This document shows, in pieces, positions 12,801-27,800 of a DNA stretch of 64,000 nucleotides. The translations under genes were made by a program, and so were the position numbers. Numbering within the stretch: position 1 is the first letter of the stretch; each line of letters opens with the position of its first letter. A model generated the notes under the pieces. It was not told where the DNA came from and did no database searches. It saw nothing but the letters and a program-made list of their open reading frames with translations. Origin of the DNA: Balanoglossus misakiensis. Taxonomy: Eukaryota > Animalia > Hemichordata. The DNA is taken from assembly GCA_040954595.2 (NCBI GenBank), contig CM082581.2, forward strand, positions 12,708,286-12,772,285, in the 5' to 3' direction.

Positions 12801-15800
12801 AGTCGGTCATCACTGTCCTCCACATCAAAATCCCGCTGTTTAGTTTTATTTACACCTAGCTCCATAGAAGCTAATTGACTTCTTAATGCTTCCGGCAAAA
12901 ACATTCTAAAGCTGACATTTAAAAAAGACAGACATTATAACGCAGCCTCACAATGGATTTAAAATGTCAGACTTCTTTTGCAAATCAACATTTTGTACCT
13001 TGATTAACCCCAGAAAATAATTACATCTGCTTTTAGATGCACTAACGGCAAAGTCATTCGTACGAGTACTAATGCAACCAATATGACTGTTAACATTTTG
13101 TTCCTACTAAAAATTGACAACATGCCTCTTGGCATTAGGTTGAATGATTAGTTAATTGATGACAAGTCTTGTGATCTTCCCCAAGAAGTCAAATTCATAA
13201 TGGTGGATCTACAAGAAATCTGGTCAATGTTAAAAGCACCCTACCACAAGTGATTAGATGACGTCAATCATGAAATTATGATGATGTAATCTATGGAATG
13301 CTTTATGACTGCATGGTGATGTGGTGTAAGGCAAGCTGGATATTGCTTTGAGGTTATAGGGATGCCAGTGCTAAACTAGTTACAGACAATTATGACATTT
13401 TACTCCAACCCTATCCCTAACCCTGACTGTTGGGTGGGAAATGTCCAGATGTGAAATACACAGTGGGAACCAGTCCTGATACAGTTAGAAACTGAAGGTC
13501 ATGAATTGATAAAGTTGAAATAGGCAATTTGCTAGAGAATCAGAAGGCTGTCACAAAAGCTTATTCAGATAGGTACAGATACAGCAGCTTTGACCAATGA
13601 ACCGGTGGTGCATGCGGCAGGGAGATGGAAGCCAATTGCTTATTTTCGTCTCTGCAGTACAAAATAAATTGTTGATAGAGGATTGTTTTTCTTCTTCTTG
13701 CAGATCTTGAAGATTCAATGAATCTGTCCAATTGGCAGTGGGTAGGAGAAACACACTGACGTAATGACCAGGCGACATCGTATGACGCGGTCAAAACGGG
13801 GAAAAAGTGGGTTTTTTTGACAGGCAGCAGAAGTTTCCGGCGATACTTCCGTTGTGGCTGACATAATTACAGCAAGGTTGATTGAGACTGTGAACTGCTA
13901 GCCAACAAATGAGCAACCACTGTGTTGGTGACAATGCATACACTTTCAACCATTTTTATCCTAGCCAACTGCACAAAAGTAACCCCCCACACACACGCGT
14001 GCCCCAAGTAATTTCATTATTGTGTTGGCTCACTTGACGTCATTACACAGCTCTTACAAATCACATAGTTTGCGCCGTGAGGAGATTTCCGCAGAGCTTT
14101 TTTCAACGACTGTGATTCTATTCAGTGCTGTGTGCCAGCAGCTGATGTTATTTCCATTTCAAAATTCTATAAGGCCACAACTTATTTCTGGATGATACAA
14201 TGATCTTTTTTCTGCACAAAAGAGGCTCCGACTGACATTTAGACATGAAAAGTAAATAAGGAGACACAATGCAGTGGAGTTTTTCATACAAGTATGGGGC
14301 ACTCGTCAGTGAGGAGGAAAAAAATCCCATCATCACAAATCAAAAGTTGTTTTCCTGGCTTTCTTTGGGTTAACATCCCCTTTCTGACAAACCTACTTCA
14401 AGAAAGAGTGAACCTTCTTTGAATTGACGCCCAATAATCTCACAGGGTGGTTGGAAATGAGGAAACCACCAATAGGCACACACTGGCAGCGCCTGAATGA
14501 AGCACAACACAATAATGTTACATGCTAAGCTTTTGAAAGCCGACTGGCACTGGCAGGGCTCCACAAGGACCCTGGCATGCCCCCAGGAAAAATACACATT
14601 TCTCTGCAGGTAACATTGATGGCAAAGTCAATAACCGGTACATGCATGATGCAGAAACTACTTTGCAGGGTTGTTTTCGATTTTTTTACGCGAGTTCTCC
14701 CTGAGCAGGGCCAAGCAATCAAACATTGGAGCAATATAATCTGTATGATGCGATGATAAATCCGAGATATCAACATGACTAGCAGACCATTAAAACATGC
14801 ATTTTACGGGTCGTGAAAGATGGAATCGCAATAATGAATTAGCAAAGTGTGAGTGCTGCTGGCTGGCTGATTGTACTTTCCTCCTCCCATTAAACTGAGC
14901 AATTCTTGAAATATTGCAAAGTTCATAAAACTTGTGGCTTGCAAAAGACTATATTAAGGAGTGGCCTGAGGCCAGGTGGAACCTGGATCACACCTTTCAG
15001 AGGAAAGTGTTTATTTGATTGTTTGCTATGGTGAGGCTGGTGTGGAAGCTGCTTTTTAAACGGTTTCGACATTGTGTGACAATGAATGCTGAACTCTCTT
15101 TGTACAATCCACTGTACTTTTTTGAATGATGATTAAGACACCTGTTGATCTGGCTTGTGTTATTAATACGTTCTTGCCCACGGACGTTTAACTTTCTACT
15201 CGTTCACAACATAAAAAATTTCTTCAATTTGATCGCTAAATAATTAAAGTTTGTGGTCATCTCATATTTTCATTAAGCCCCATTGTGCTTACTTATAGAC
15301 ATGTCTATACATAGCACTGGAAGTAATGACTTTCTTAAAATATCCACAGAATAATTTTGTTAAACCATTTTTCTGAGGAACTAAATCAATTTGACATTGA
15401 TTAAAGTGTTTTGCTGAAAATTACAGAAATTCAGAGCACAGACCTGAACTCTATGGAATTAATGAAAAACTTTGCATTACATGAATATTCAAATGAGCGC
15501 AGTTAATGTAATAGCTGGCTTGCCGAGTCTACACTCTGATATCTGAGTCAATTAACTGAATTCAACATGTTTGAACATCAGTTGATCCCACCAACATTCA
15601 AGAAATGTGTCCAAGGCTAAAAGTGAATACCCTCTACTATTTGCTTACACTCTGTTATTTTGAAAACACTTCAACATTCCAGTTTTAAGACGAGCCCTGC
15701 CACACTCGAAACAAAATATGAATTTCCACTTCCCTTGCCAGACAAATACACAAGCATGTCTTTTCTGCCATTAAAATACAGACTGCAAACAAACATAAAA

Positions 15801-18800
15801 CACTGTTTGATGGTAAGAACTACACTTGACTCTCAAGGAATGCAAATTTGGGTAATTGCTTTTTATTTTTATCATGTACAACCTCTTAATTTTGTTATTG
15901 GATTCACGGTGAGAATGTTAAGCTGCCCAGCATCAAGCTGTGTACATATTTTAAGAGGATATGATATGCGTTGTTGGCGAATGAAAAACACAATTTCAGG
16001 GTCAAACAAGAGTCTTCACAACACTTCGGCAAATCAGAATACTCATGGTATGTACACAGCTTGAGTAGTGGACCAGCAAAATTGACTAGTATATTAAACT
16101 CCACGAGAAACAGTGGAAAATCTTGAGTTTAACGGTTTAATGATCCGGGCTGGGGTCCAGACTGAGCAAACACTACCCTGCGATTTAAAATTCAATGGCT
16201 GTGAGTTAAGAAACTGAAGGTGCTAATGTACTTGCTGTTGTTCCTGAAAAAATAGCATGTAACAGTTGAATCTTCCAAAAGCACTATGATGTACAATTGA
16301 GGTTCTGTACCTGGTGGCGCTTTCAGTCAATGCAAAAAGTAAGCGCTATTCAAACACCTTGTATAACCCTCTCTGTATGATGTGACTATAAGTCTCATCT
16401 ATAAATAAATAGATCCTAAATTTTTCAGTTAAATTTAGAGCATTCAGTCTTTTGCAGTGACAGACTGACTGCCTGTCATGACCTCCAAATAACATTTACA
16501 ACAAAATGTAATGCCCGTTAAAATCACTTGTTATTTTGCTGCACTTTGGCAGGAAATTACAGGCATTCACTAATGAGACCAGCCTTGTTTGCTTCCTGGA
16601 ATGACAGTGCCACAGATAACTTTATAATCATTTTCCAAATCAGCTTTCTTGTGCATGTTGATGCGTCGGAAAGGTCACCAGTGAATTGCAAATTAAATCA
16701 GCATTATGTCAAATAAGTAAGTGACAACTTCCCTGAGCTGTGTGAATTACAAAGGACTATAATTTGCTGATAGTTCCTGATTGTCCCATGTACACAAGCT
16801 ATGATGGCTACAAAATGGGACTGGAAAATGTTTATTTTGATACAGGTTTTTCAATGTATAGATGTCTAAAATTCAGGCCCATAATCACAGTAATCATTTG
16901 GGTATGTAACTTGTATTTACACATTAATTCATATTGATACTGATAGTGATAAACATTTCACTACAGCAGAGAAAAATATATCAGTGCACACAAGTTGCGA
17001 GCAGGAAAAAAAAACCTTGTGGTATTAATACTGTAGAGTAGGATCGGAGACGTGCCACACTATCTCCCCCTCAATGAACGCTTTTATCTAAGAATTGTGC
17101 ACTTTCTGTGGCCTTCATGAGATCAACAACAGAATAGCATGGGCATTGACCTGGTGAATACATGAGGGAGAAGGTGGTCACCTGTGTGTTGGTGCTGCAC
17201 CACTTGAATCAGACGGTCCGGGCAGGAGTAGAATTTCCCCTTCCGCAAACTGACAGCCTCAAAAGACTGGATTCGTCTGTGTCATGCATCTATATTGTAT
17301 CCTCCAGCCATGTTAAGTAATTTCAATTAAAATGTGGATCTAGTGGTGCGAGTACGGAATTAGAAGTACATTGACTCTCTAATGGAATGGATTAGAGTAA
17401 TTGAGCACAGGTCAAGTAGGAATATAGTACCAGATATTGTGATTACACAGGTTCTGATAGAGAGAACATTCCACTGGCAATACATTAGTCAATTCTACGC
17501 ACAGTATCTTGTATTTCCAGGTGAATAAATAAAAGAGATATATTCTGGAATGCAATGCAATTCTATACTGCTATGATGAACCCTTGTGTGGATGAATACA
17601 CAGATTACCTCCGGCACAAAGAAGACTGATTTGGCTAAAAATGGAAACTGTTTCTTGAAAGCCGACCAATGCTGTGCCACATTAAATTTGTTTCAAGTTT
17701 GGAGAAAAAGTTAGAAATATACCAAGTAACAATAATGTAACATCACTTGGACGTGCCTGCTTTGAACAAAATTTCCTAGTATTTGGAGTGCATGTGACCT
17801 ATTGGACTAGTCAAATGTAACATTCTAAGTACTGTAATTACACACCAAATGGACTGATGGCTCCATTTTAAAAAGCACAATAAAATGTTAAAGAGCTAAA
17901 ATTCAGTCTTTTAACATCATGAGGCCATGACATTTATGACGGATTCAACACATTTGCATCTAAAAGCTATACACAGACTTTAATACATTGAGCTTATTCT
18001 ACAAAACACCACTTTGCATTAATGACTGGACTACACAAGCATGGTTACAGGCATCTCAGTCATTACAATGCGCTGTGCACTTGCCATGTATCAGTTGCCA
18101 TATGTTGTGGTTGCAACCTGCATGAAACACCAAAGCAGCAATGGCTGCCCTGCTAATGTACAGTAACTGTCATCTAACTAGCAAATGATTTGCCACCCCC
18201 CCCCCCCCAAACACACACCTCCAATAATTGCATGACTAATTAAGAATAACGGTTTTGATAACTCTGTGTGATATTTGATGAGAACGGTGGCTGATTTCTC
18301 AGTTGAAACATTTTCGACAAGTTTGCAGTCGCCTCGCCTCGGATGATTGAGTGAAATTGAAACATCAACATGACTGTATCAAATCCATAACGGTAGTTGA
18401 CACTGTGTATTTTGCATGCTGTGCATATCACTGATCAATTGGGAAAGGGAGGTGACTATCAAACAGGTGGAATGAAGTCTGGCTTGCACTGTTTTTGATG
18501 AAAAATAACTGTCTCGGTGATTGGCTTTGAAATTTATGGTACCAATTTTGTTCTCCTTTGTACTGAGAAAACAATTTCAGTGATCGTTTATCATTTTGTC
18601 TTTCAACCAATTGACAAATCCTAAAAATAGCCTCATCTTTGCCTCTGTGCCGATCAATGTACCTGGCTCTATCAACATTGCCCTAAGTACAAGACTGATC
18701 AGTACATATTTGTTCCTAACTTTATAAGGGACACAGCTACGATCTTATGAACTATTTTCACATTGTCAATTTCTGTCAATTTCATCCAAAATCAACTCTG

Positions 18801-21800
18801 TACTTCAACAAATGCTGGTCTCCATGCCAGAACACAACATGCTATTTTGCTTTTGGAGCATATGGTTTGACAGGAAGAAAGGGATTGCCTTTTTTTATTA
18901 TTCATACTGCCATGCATACATGTACATGGATTCATGAACAGGTTGTGTGTATATGTTTGTGTATATACATGTATGTGTGAGCTGTGTGTGCATATATTCA
19001 TGCATATGCATGTACATACATGTGTTTTATATACAAGTTGTAGGCTTCTTGGTGGTACGTATAGGTACTAGGTATACATCTATGTTTTTGTCAAGCCCAT
19101 ACTTGAATATTGTGCATACCTGCAATACTTAGCAATGAGTGAAAACATGTCAAAAATACAGAAATTGCTGTTTTTCACTGCGTATGTACATCATTCATAG
19201 TTTAATACCAAAATAACACGTGAATCAGAATCGCCATTGTGGAACTATTTGCATTTGAAGGGGTCACCTTGACATTTACTTATGCAGTGACTTTGATATT
19301 TTTCAGAAAACAATACAGTGACAAACAATGAACATCCAATCGCTCTAAATATATTTGCTTCATGATATGGTTAATACATGGCAAACATGTCATCTGCATC
19401 TGTGGTCTTTTTTAATACAGGAATGTGACATTTTCTGCACATTTTCTTGTCAACACGACATCCAGGTGTCTGAACATTACACTCACACACAAGGGCGAAC
19501 ACAGGATATACACTGATTTATTGCACCGGGGGAGTTCTAAAAGTGTTACTGAACACCTGTTTCCCAACACAGCCAGTCCAATGAAGTTTATGCTTAGAAG
19601 TTAGAACATGCAAAGTTCAAATGTTAACGATGGCACTTGACATGTAATGTATACAAACTAAAAGTGTATGTTATCATGGGTACAGACAAAAGCATCACAG
19701 ATGACACCAAATGATGTATTCTTGGAAAGTTTTCACACATAGTGATCATGCACTGCACTGACTGTTTCCTGTTTGAATGGATCAATATTGATTAAAACGC
19801 TGCGCTATTTTATTCAGAGAGGTAATAAAAACCGGGACCGGCAGTCTACATGTGTCTCCACATTTATATCGCAGATAAACAACATGATCGACAGTTCATT
19901 ATAGATTTCTATAAACTTTATGATTTACTTTGTGCCAGCTTGCGTATACATGTATATACAATATAGCCTGTCTGTTTTAATTACACCAACTCTGGCAGCC
20001 GAATTTCCAGCGTCGTGTATCGCATATAGTGAGCACGGCATTATGGGACAGCACTGCAGTGTACCTTGGGTCCCGCAGTGCATTTGGGGTACATGGCAGC
20101 TTGCTTTTCATGTATAATACACACCAATTACAGTGAACGTTCAGATGATTGGAGAGAGCATGTCATCGACTGATCCATGGCTCGATTTTGTTGGCCATCT
20201 GGATTATCATCGAGTGAAATTTTGTTTACTCACAGAACAGAAAATGAAGTATTCTTGGGAGTGGAGCCACTTCTGGCCCCAAGGTGATCAAAACATTAAA
20301 TGTGATACCTTTGTTCCAACTTTCAACCCACCAAAGTGGGGTGTGTCTGTTTGTGCCAAACTGAGCCTTGGCTCTGTGCCACTGACAGGCCATCCAATCA
20401 TTTCTATGCAGCTGAGCAAAACATCTCTGCCACGTTTTATCAATCACACACAATTGGAATGTCAGTTCATTACATGTTGATGTGTCAGCCTCTGTTATAA
20501 GAATGTGTGAATCAGTCAAATTTTCCCTCTCTATATATAAAAGACCCCAATCTTTATAGGCCTGCATATAAAAATTGAAAAACAATTTTTTGAACAAAGT
20601 GACATCAGTATTAAAGGACAGAACAGCTGTCACAGGTCTGATTTGATCCAACACAGGATGTCAAGAGTTTTAAAATGTCAATCGTTGCTCAGCCAGGGCA
20701 ATGTGAGTTACAGCAATGCTAAACAGCTAGCTTATTCAAGTTTTATAAATAGCAAATATGGTGCATGTATTTAATGGTTAAAACTGTACCCTGGGAAATA
20801 CATTATTTAAAGCAAACATGATCAACGTGTCACACTCAATACTGGTGTTAACAACAGTCATGTCTGTCGTCCTGTGAAAATCTTTTGTAATATAAACAAG
20901 GAGGTATTACACCCACGATCAGCATCTGCATACATGTCAATGATGATCATGGGTGACAACTGGCTGATGTGCAAACATATATGGTGTACTGCTGCATGGT
21001 CACTTATTTGCAGTCATATTTCCAGACTCATAACAGTTGTCTTGTCTCCCAACAAAACTTTTCACCACATCCGAAGCACACTTTTCCCCAGAAGTATGAC
21101 CACTACAGCTTGCTGGTGAATGTACTGCTCAGTGGCAAATAGCATCTTAGTAAATATTTGCACTGCTTTCATACTCAACACCCTCATTAGGTTATTACTG
21201 CACACAAAATATGACAGATAAAAACCTCCACACACCAAATCACCAAAGCACTGTAACACATGCACATAAACCTTGAAGTTGAAGTCCATTATCCGTCTCA
21301 AATCCCCTTTGCTATTAGTAATCAAATCAGTACGCATACCTTCTGCATCATTAAATGCTGTGAAAGAGCCAAGTTCAATTTAATGCCAACACTAAATCCA
21401 ACATGAACCTTACACATGCATTACAAAGTTTCATACTGTATGCCACATGCAAGAGAAAAACACACACACACATACTCATAGTACATGTACACAAAGCTGG
21501 CTGGTTAATTGTCACAAGCAGTTTATTGAACTATGCCCCATTTTCTACTGAGTAATTTAGACCCTCTTGGTGATATGGATAAAATGGGTTTATAATTACT
21601 CTTGTTGAATGAACTGTAATTAAGCTGGAAACAAGTTTCCCCTTATTTGCTGATTAAAAAAACAACAATAATAAAACCATTTTGACAGGTCAGGATGGTT
21701 TAGATAATGGAATATGGTTCCTTGTTTTAGCAGACAAAGAGAATCAATTGTTCTGACGCATCAGGTTGGTTCTGATCACAGTTGCAATATGGAATATGAC

Positions 21801-24800
21801 CTTGAACAGTGTGTGTTCAGTATATAGACACAATTGATCTATGGCAATCCATACTGTATTGCAGTAGAAAGACACATTAAGAACAATATTAGGAAACTAC
21901 TTCCAGGAGCTATTTTTTCTCTAATGTGTACACTACCACCTGTTCACACTTGGCTGATCTCCACGCTTGTCTCTGATTGGTCAGAAAGGTCTGCAAACAG
22001 ATGGTAGTATGTTTGAGATCTCCCTACAAAAAGGAGGGGAGGGGTACCCACAGCCATCTTACAAGACTGGCTATAATTGGTCAATCAGTTTCTATTTCAT
22101 CATATTGGTACAAGATGGTCGTATAGTTTAAACCATTCATACAAGTGACAATAAGTGGAATTTCGAAATAATGGTAATGCCGGCAGTAAACAAATGCTAT
22201 ACTATCAAAACAGACCATTTAATTTCATTTAAAAGTCAACATTTCTCAGTAGCCTTCTATTTACATCAGATTTTTAGCTCTCCCGTAAAAATATAGAACT
22301 ATGTCTATACGACCTTCTTGACATGACAATACATTTGTCTGACCCATTTTTAGCTTTGTGCAAACATGTGTAGAGCAGGCCTGTTTATTTCTTAAATAAC
22401 TACCAACATGTTGTGGGTTATTGCCCTAAAATTTGTGATGGTGCTATTGATAGTGTTGGGAGATGTATTACATGTTGTATATCATCTTTACCACAGCTAT
22501 GACATCAAAGCTAGCCAGGTGGGACATTTTATTTTAATACAAAAACAGCATAACAGGCCTTCTTTGATGAATCTTTCTCACTCTCATGACATCATAGCTT
22601 GCCACGTGTTACACCAAATTCGTAGCAAGATGTCACGTCGTCTGCCATACGTTGCAACAGGTTTTGTGTACCAGGTCACTTCAGAACGACAGCGACATAT
22701 GCCGTGGTAGGGGGGTTTGCAAGCGTGGCAATTGCACCATGCTGTGTATGGAGGAAGAATTGAAAATTCTTGTGTTGAATTCGAAGAGGTGTTTGTATGT
22801 GTCGGGTCTGTGAAGTAGGTTGGACTATTATTTGCATCTATGCAACTGGTAGAAGAAATACTACCATTAACTTAAAATGTTGTTAAGGCCAGAATGAGAA
22901 ACTTCGGCCAATACCCAGAGCAAAAAAAAAACCCCTCCAGCGATCAAAGTCTGTGCCACGGTGCAAGTGGGTCAATTGAACTAATCGCAATATTCAAATG
23001 AATAATTTTTTAATAAGTTGGCATTTTTATTTCACAAGAATTGTAACCAATATGTCTTATCACTCCAAATGAAATATGCTATTATTAAATGTTGTAGAAA
23101 CACATGGTAGTTTCACACATTGCCCTGTGATATGATACAATCATTCATCAATGCATGGAATTAGCCTCTCTTATCTCACCTGATACATGTAGTATGGTAC
23201 ACCCAGTCTAAAGGTCGGCGACGGAAAAACAAAATAGGGTGCACCCGGTAAACTGTTTGGGGACATACATGTAGCTGAACAGTGCATGCCATGAATTTTA
23301 AACATTTAAACAAAATTTCAGTAGCTTTTATTGTGAAATTTCAACATTTTTGATGGTTTACACAATCATTTTTTCCTTTAATACTGGACACAGACACAGT
23401 AACTGGTTGATATTTCACCACTTTGAATTCAAATCCACCATATGTTAATCAACTGAGCAGTAAGTAAGCAGTACACAATGTATTTTGTTGGGTGAATTTT
23501 GAGAGATTAGGAAAAGGTGATCCTTGAACTAACCACGAATCGGCTCAAATGAACTTGTACATATGACAAATATACCAACTATCACAAGATAGTAAAAGTT
23601 TGTACATGATTCATTGCCATTACAGGACAGCACCCACCCACCTCTGATTAGTTTTAATTTTCCCAGTTGTGTGTGCACACTTGTTGAACAGTGGCATCAC
23701 ACAATTAGTTAATAAAGCCAACCAACAAAACATTTCTCACAGAGTGTGAAGATTGACACTCAATTAAATTTCTTTTAATTTACGACAATCTCTATTCAAC
23801 AATCCCCTATTAATACAGCTACCTGTTAGCGTTCCTGGAAAATTAGAAAGGACCAGCTGAACATGTTGGCTCTGAACTTTTTATAGCCAATCAGGGATGG
23901 CAAATTAAAGCTTGTGTCAAATAACATGATAAAATATTTACGCTAATAATAAATTAAGGCTGTTTATTGTAATTTGTAATTAAAGAGTATCAGCAATTGC
24001 TTGTCAAGATAAATATATCCTTTTTTCGTGTGACCAAGTTATGGTTATGGTGACTACTTCCCCAAGGAAAACAGTCATGCTTATTTTTCAGTGAATGATT
24101 TATTTTGCAGTTTGCACATGTGTAAAACAAACAAACATGAGTTTCACTACAACGAAATATATATCAATCAGTCTTGTTGTTAACTAAATATTTGTGCTAG
24201 AAAATCCTGACATGCAGTAACATTCAGCAATTATTTTTTTTATATGAGAATGGTATCACATGACAACACGCGTACTGGTTATTGACACCGAACTGTATCT
24301 GCGAAATAATTCACTGGAAGTGATGATATCATGATTTGATAGGTGGTGTAGATACAGGAGACTTGTGCAAGAGCACCTGAAGTCTGGATGTTTACATTAA
24401 GGTCAACCCACGTGTGAGTGGCTCACGTGGTCGCAGCTATTGAAAGCCTACACTGCACTCCCAAGGAGAAGTAATCATAGTGTAATTTGACATCTTGAAA
24501 GTGATCTCATGACGTTCAACTTCAAGTGTTGAATTTCAATAGGATAAATCCACACACGTCAAACTTCCTGAAAAATGATCTTTTTTCTATAAAAAAAATC
24601 CGACCAATATGTGCCAGTAATTATTATCCATTGTATTTGTGAAAATACAATAATGGGTAGTTCAACTTATCGGGTATTGTCGGGAAAGCAGGCACAAGAA
24701 AGTATAAATTACATTGGCATAGTTGTATTGATATCAGTAGCCATTCAAGAAGTAACATCTGCATTGTGCTTGTTATTTGTTACATATCCGATATTATAAT

Positions 24801-27800
24801 AATAGATATTGGTCTCGTCTGCCACTTGAGCCAAAGCTCTGCATCAGATACTGTCAACTTTGAGAAAGACGGATGAATCCTCAAACTTTTCACAGTGTCA
24901 TCGACCACCTGAGGTTCTGTTAAGTAACGGCTTCCCCAGCGATCCACTGGCGACGACGAATGCCTCAAGTTCCTTCGGCTTCAAGAAAAAGTGGCTGCCT
25001 GCACAGTGTCATCAAGCGAGAAAGAAGTAGGTCAACTTCTTGGCAAAGTGCCCTCCTACAAGCTATTTCGCCCAGCTCATTTTACTGGAAATGGACTCAA
25101 ATTTGGCAGAAACTTCTGCCGCACAGGTAATGTGGCCTAATGAGGCGCCATTTGCTCTACATCCATGATACTGCCCTGTGATGTTTTGTGCGCTGAGTCA
25201 CTGTATTCTATTTCTTTTGCAGTGTTGATCTCAAAGAGGAGGGAGGAAACTACATTAACTCTCAACTGTCAGGAGTCTGGCCATGGCTAAAAATTCTGAG
25301 GGTTATATTCACAAGATATTATTCAGTAACACAGGCAGGGTTTACATTATGGATAAAATTATGATTACTGATACTACTAAGAACGAACTCCAATAATACT
25401 CCTCCATCTTGAAATGAAAATGTATACTGTAGACCAAATATGATATTTCAGCTAGTCATCAAGCGGTCAAATTATATATCTGGGGACGAGAATTAAAATC
25501 AAGAAGGTTCCCCCGAGATCATCAAATGAGCAGTCCCCCGTGGAAAATTTGCTTCAGAAACCCATTTCAAAACAGAATTTACTGTTGCAGAACTCATTTA
25601 CACACACATTTAGATTCCTACAATACAATTGCTTTCATCCCAACCTGCCTAAATGGACTCAAAATGTCAGAAAAGGGTTTCAATTTTTCAGCAAAGTCAT
25701 GCATGAATTGCCTTCTCTAGCTGATTTATTGTACCAGGTTGACTGAAACATTTTCATTTTCATTAGAATTCAAGTGATGATTTATGATGTGTCTTAGCAA
25801 CAACACAAAAAAATACTTGCAAGACCCCCCAAAAAGGAGAATTCAAAAGCTTCTGAAATGTTGGTGAATGTAACGAAGAATTCAAATTTGAATAATCTTA
25901 TTACCTGTATTGATTTCATTTCTTTCAGAGAGTAATTTTATTCTATCATACCATATTCTTCAATTGAGAATAAAGAAAAATTATAGATTATTCGTGTCAT
26001 TGATCAATATTGCCAGCCAGAACAAACCGTTTTCAATACCAGCCATTTAATTCCCAGAATGCAGTGCAACAAATAGCATGCTTGTTTCTCCAGGCATGGC
26101 GCAGGAATACTATGAATGACTTAAGTAATATTTCGGGTCTTGACCTGAAAATGGTGACATGAGGTCGAGTATGCAGCATAGATTCCAAATGAAGAATTTC
26201 ATTTATACTCGTATAACTCTAATTGTTGGCGAAAATCCCAGGAAAAAGGTTCTTCATGATATCTGAATTACAATCAAGGATTATGATCTGATTTGTGGAT
26301 TTCAGTACGGATTTTCTGCCAAAAGTAGAAACGTTTAAAATTGAAAATGGTTGAATGAAAACAGGTTGGAGAGTAACCCTTTTTTACTTCTCAGAATGAC
26401 CTGACTACAACAACATATAACAGGGCTTTCATTTTTTCTACAAATTTGTCCCTGGTGTGATCCAAATCAGGAAATATGAGCTGGGGGTATCGGTATGCAA
26501 ATGCTGGAGGCATTTTCACACCTATGGATATATACCATTCCATTTTCAATCCATAATGCAATAAATCACTATGGAAAACATCACTCATGGCCTCCATAAT
26601 TAGAAAATTGAATTAGATTTGTACATCGTTACAAGTGACTATGGGTCAGTGGGCAAACACAGAGTGCTGTCCTGTGATTGGCTGCCGGGAAGGTCAACAC
26701 AACCAATCATATTAAATGCCACCCTCAGTATGCGAATGTAGGAACTGATCAAATGGGACTGGATTACCGGTACCCATCATTTCATGTTTGTGAGTGATCT
26801 ATTTACTTCCTTCGCAATGTTCCATCTGAAAGCCTCACGTGTACGTGTCAAATACCAAGTCTCCATGCGGTCAGATTCACTTTTTTATGTCTTGGACATC
26901 ATTAGAACAACATAGCAGAAATGACGGAAATTTAAACCAGACACTCTTGAATAAAACGTGGCACCGAGCAAACACGTTCAAACTATTCTACTTTCACATC
27001 ACTGGGCTGTGTTCAAGGTTACTCACAATGGATTCTGTGATTCATACACACAGACAACGAGGTCATCAGAGGTGACGCCTGTTACATCACAAATCATGTC
27101 TCGTCTCAGCTCTCAACACATTTATTTATTCCTTTACACCAATTCTATTGACTTCCTCCCAGCCTCATCTGATGAAACGCAATAAAAGATGAGAGCGGAA
27201 TTTTTTTTATCTCTTTCACAGTTGCTTCATATCATTGCTGATGAAAGGAGTCGCTGCGGGTGAATTATAATAAATACTGACACGAACAAACAAAGCCAGC
27301 TGCATGATGCTGTAAGCCCAGAATATTGATTTAACCATTTAAAACGGGGTGTTTCAGAATCTAACAAAACAGGGATGGTGTTACATTCTTTGTCTGATTA
27401 CAGACAGCATAAAAACTGGCAGTGGGCTGATTAGAACGCGAGGGTCCTAACGTGTTGGATCATTCTTGTATGAAATATTTTGTCTCTTCTGTATGAATCC
27501 TAATTTTTAACAGACAAAGAGTGACTAGTTTCACACAGGTCTGTTTGTACAGTACTATGGTCTGTTTAATTTCACAGTGTGTGCCATTCTGCTCCTTAGG
27601 GTGATACAATTATATGCTTACAACTTGAGACATTTTCATACCAGGGGTCTAAATTGATGGCTGTACTAAAGAGGACATTAACACCGGTTTATCAGTTAAT
27701 GATCACTTGCAATCAAACCAGCAGTTTATCAGAGATGACAATGTTGTCGGCTTATACCAATACATCCGCGATAAATCATCTTGGAGGGCCATAGAACGTG

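Noticed and set aside
13406-13426. CCCTAACCCT telomere-like motif
   Set aside because: Only one or two degenerate units; not a telomeric array.
24860-25130. GC-richer plus-strand stretch with an open frame ending in CAG|GTAATG
   Set aside because: No recognisable homology, no clear acceptor or start, and no partner exons.
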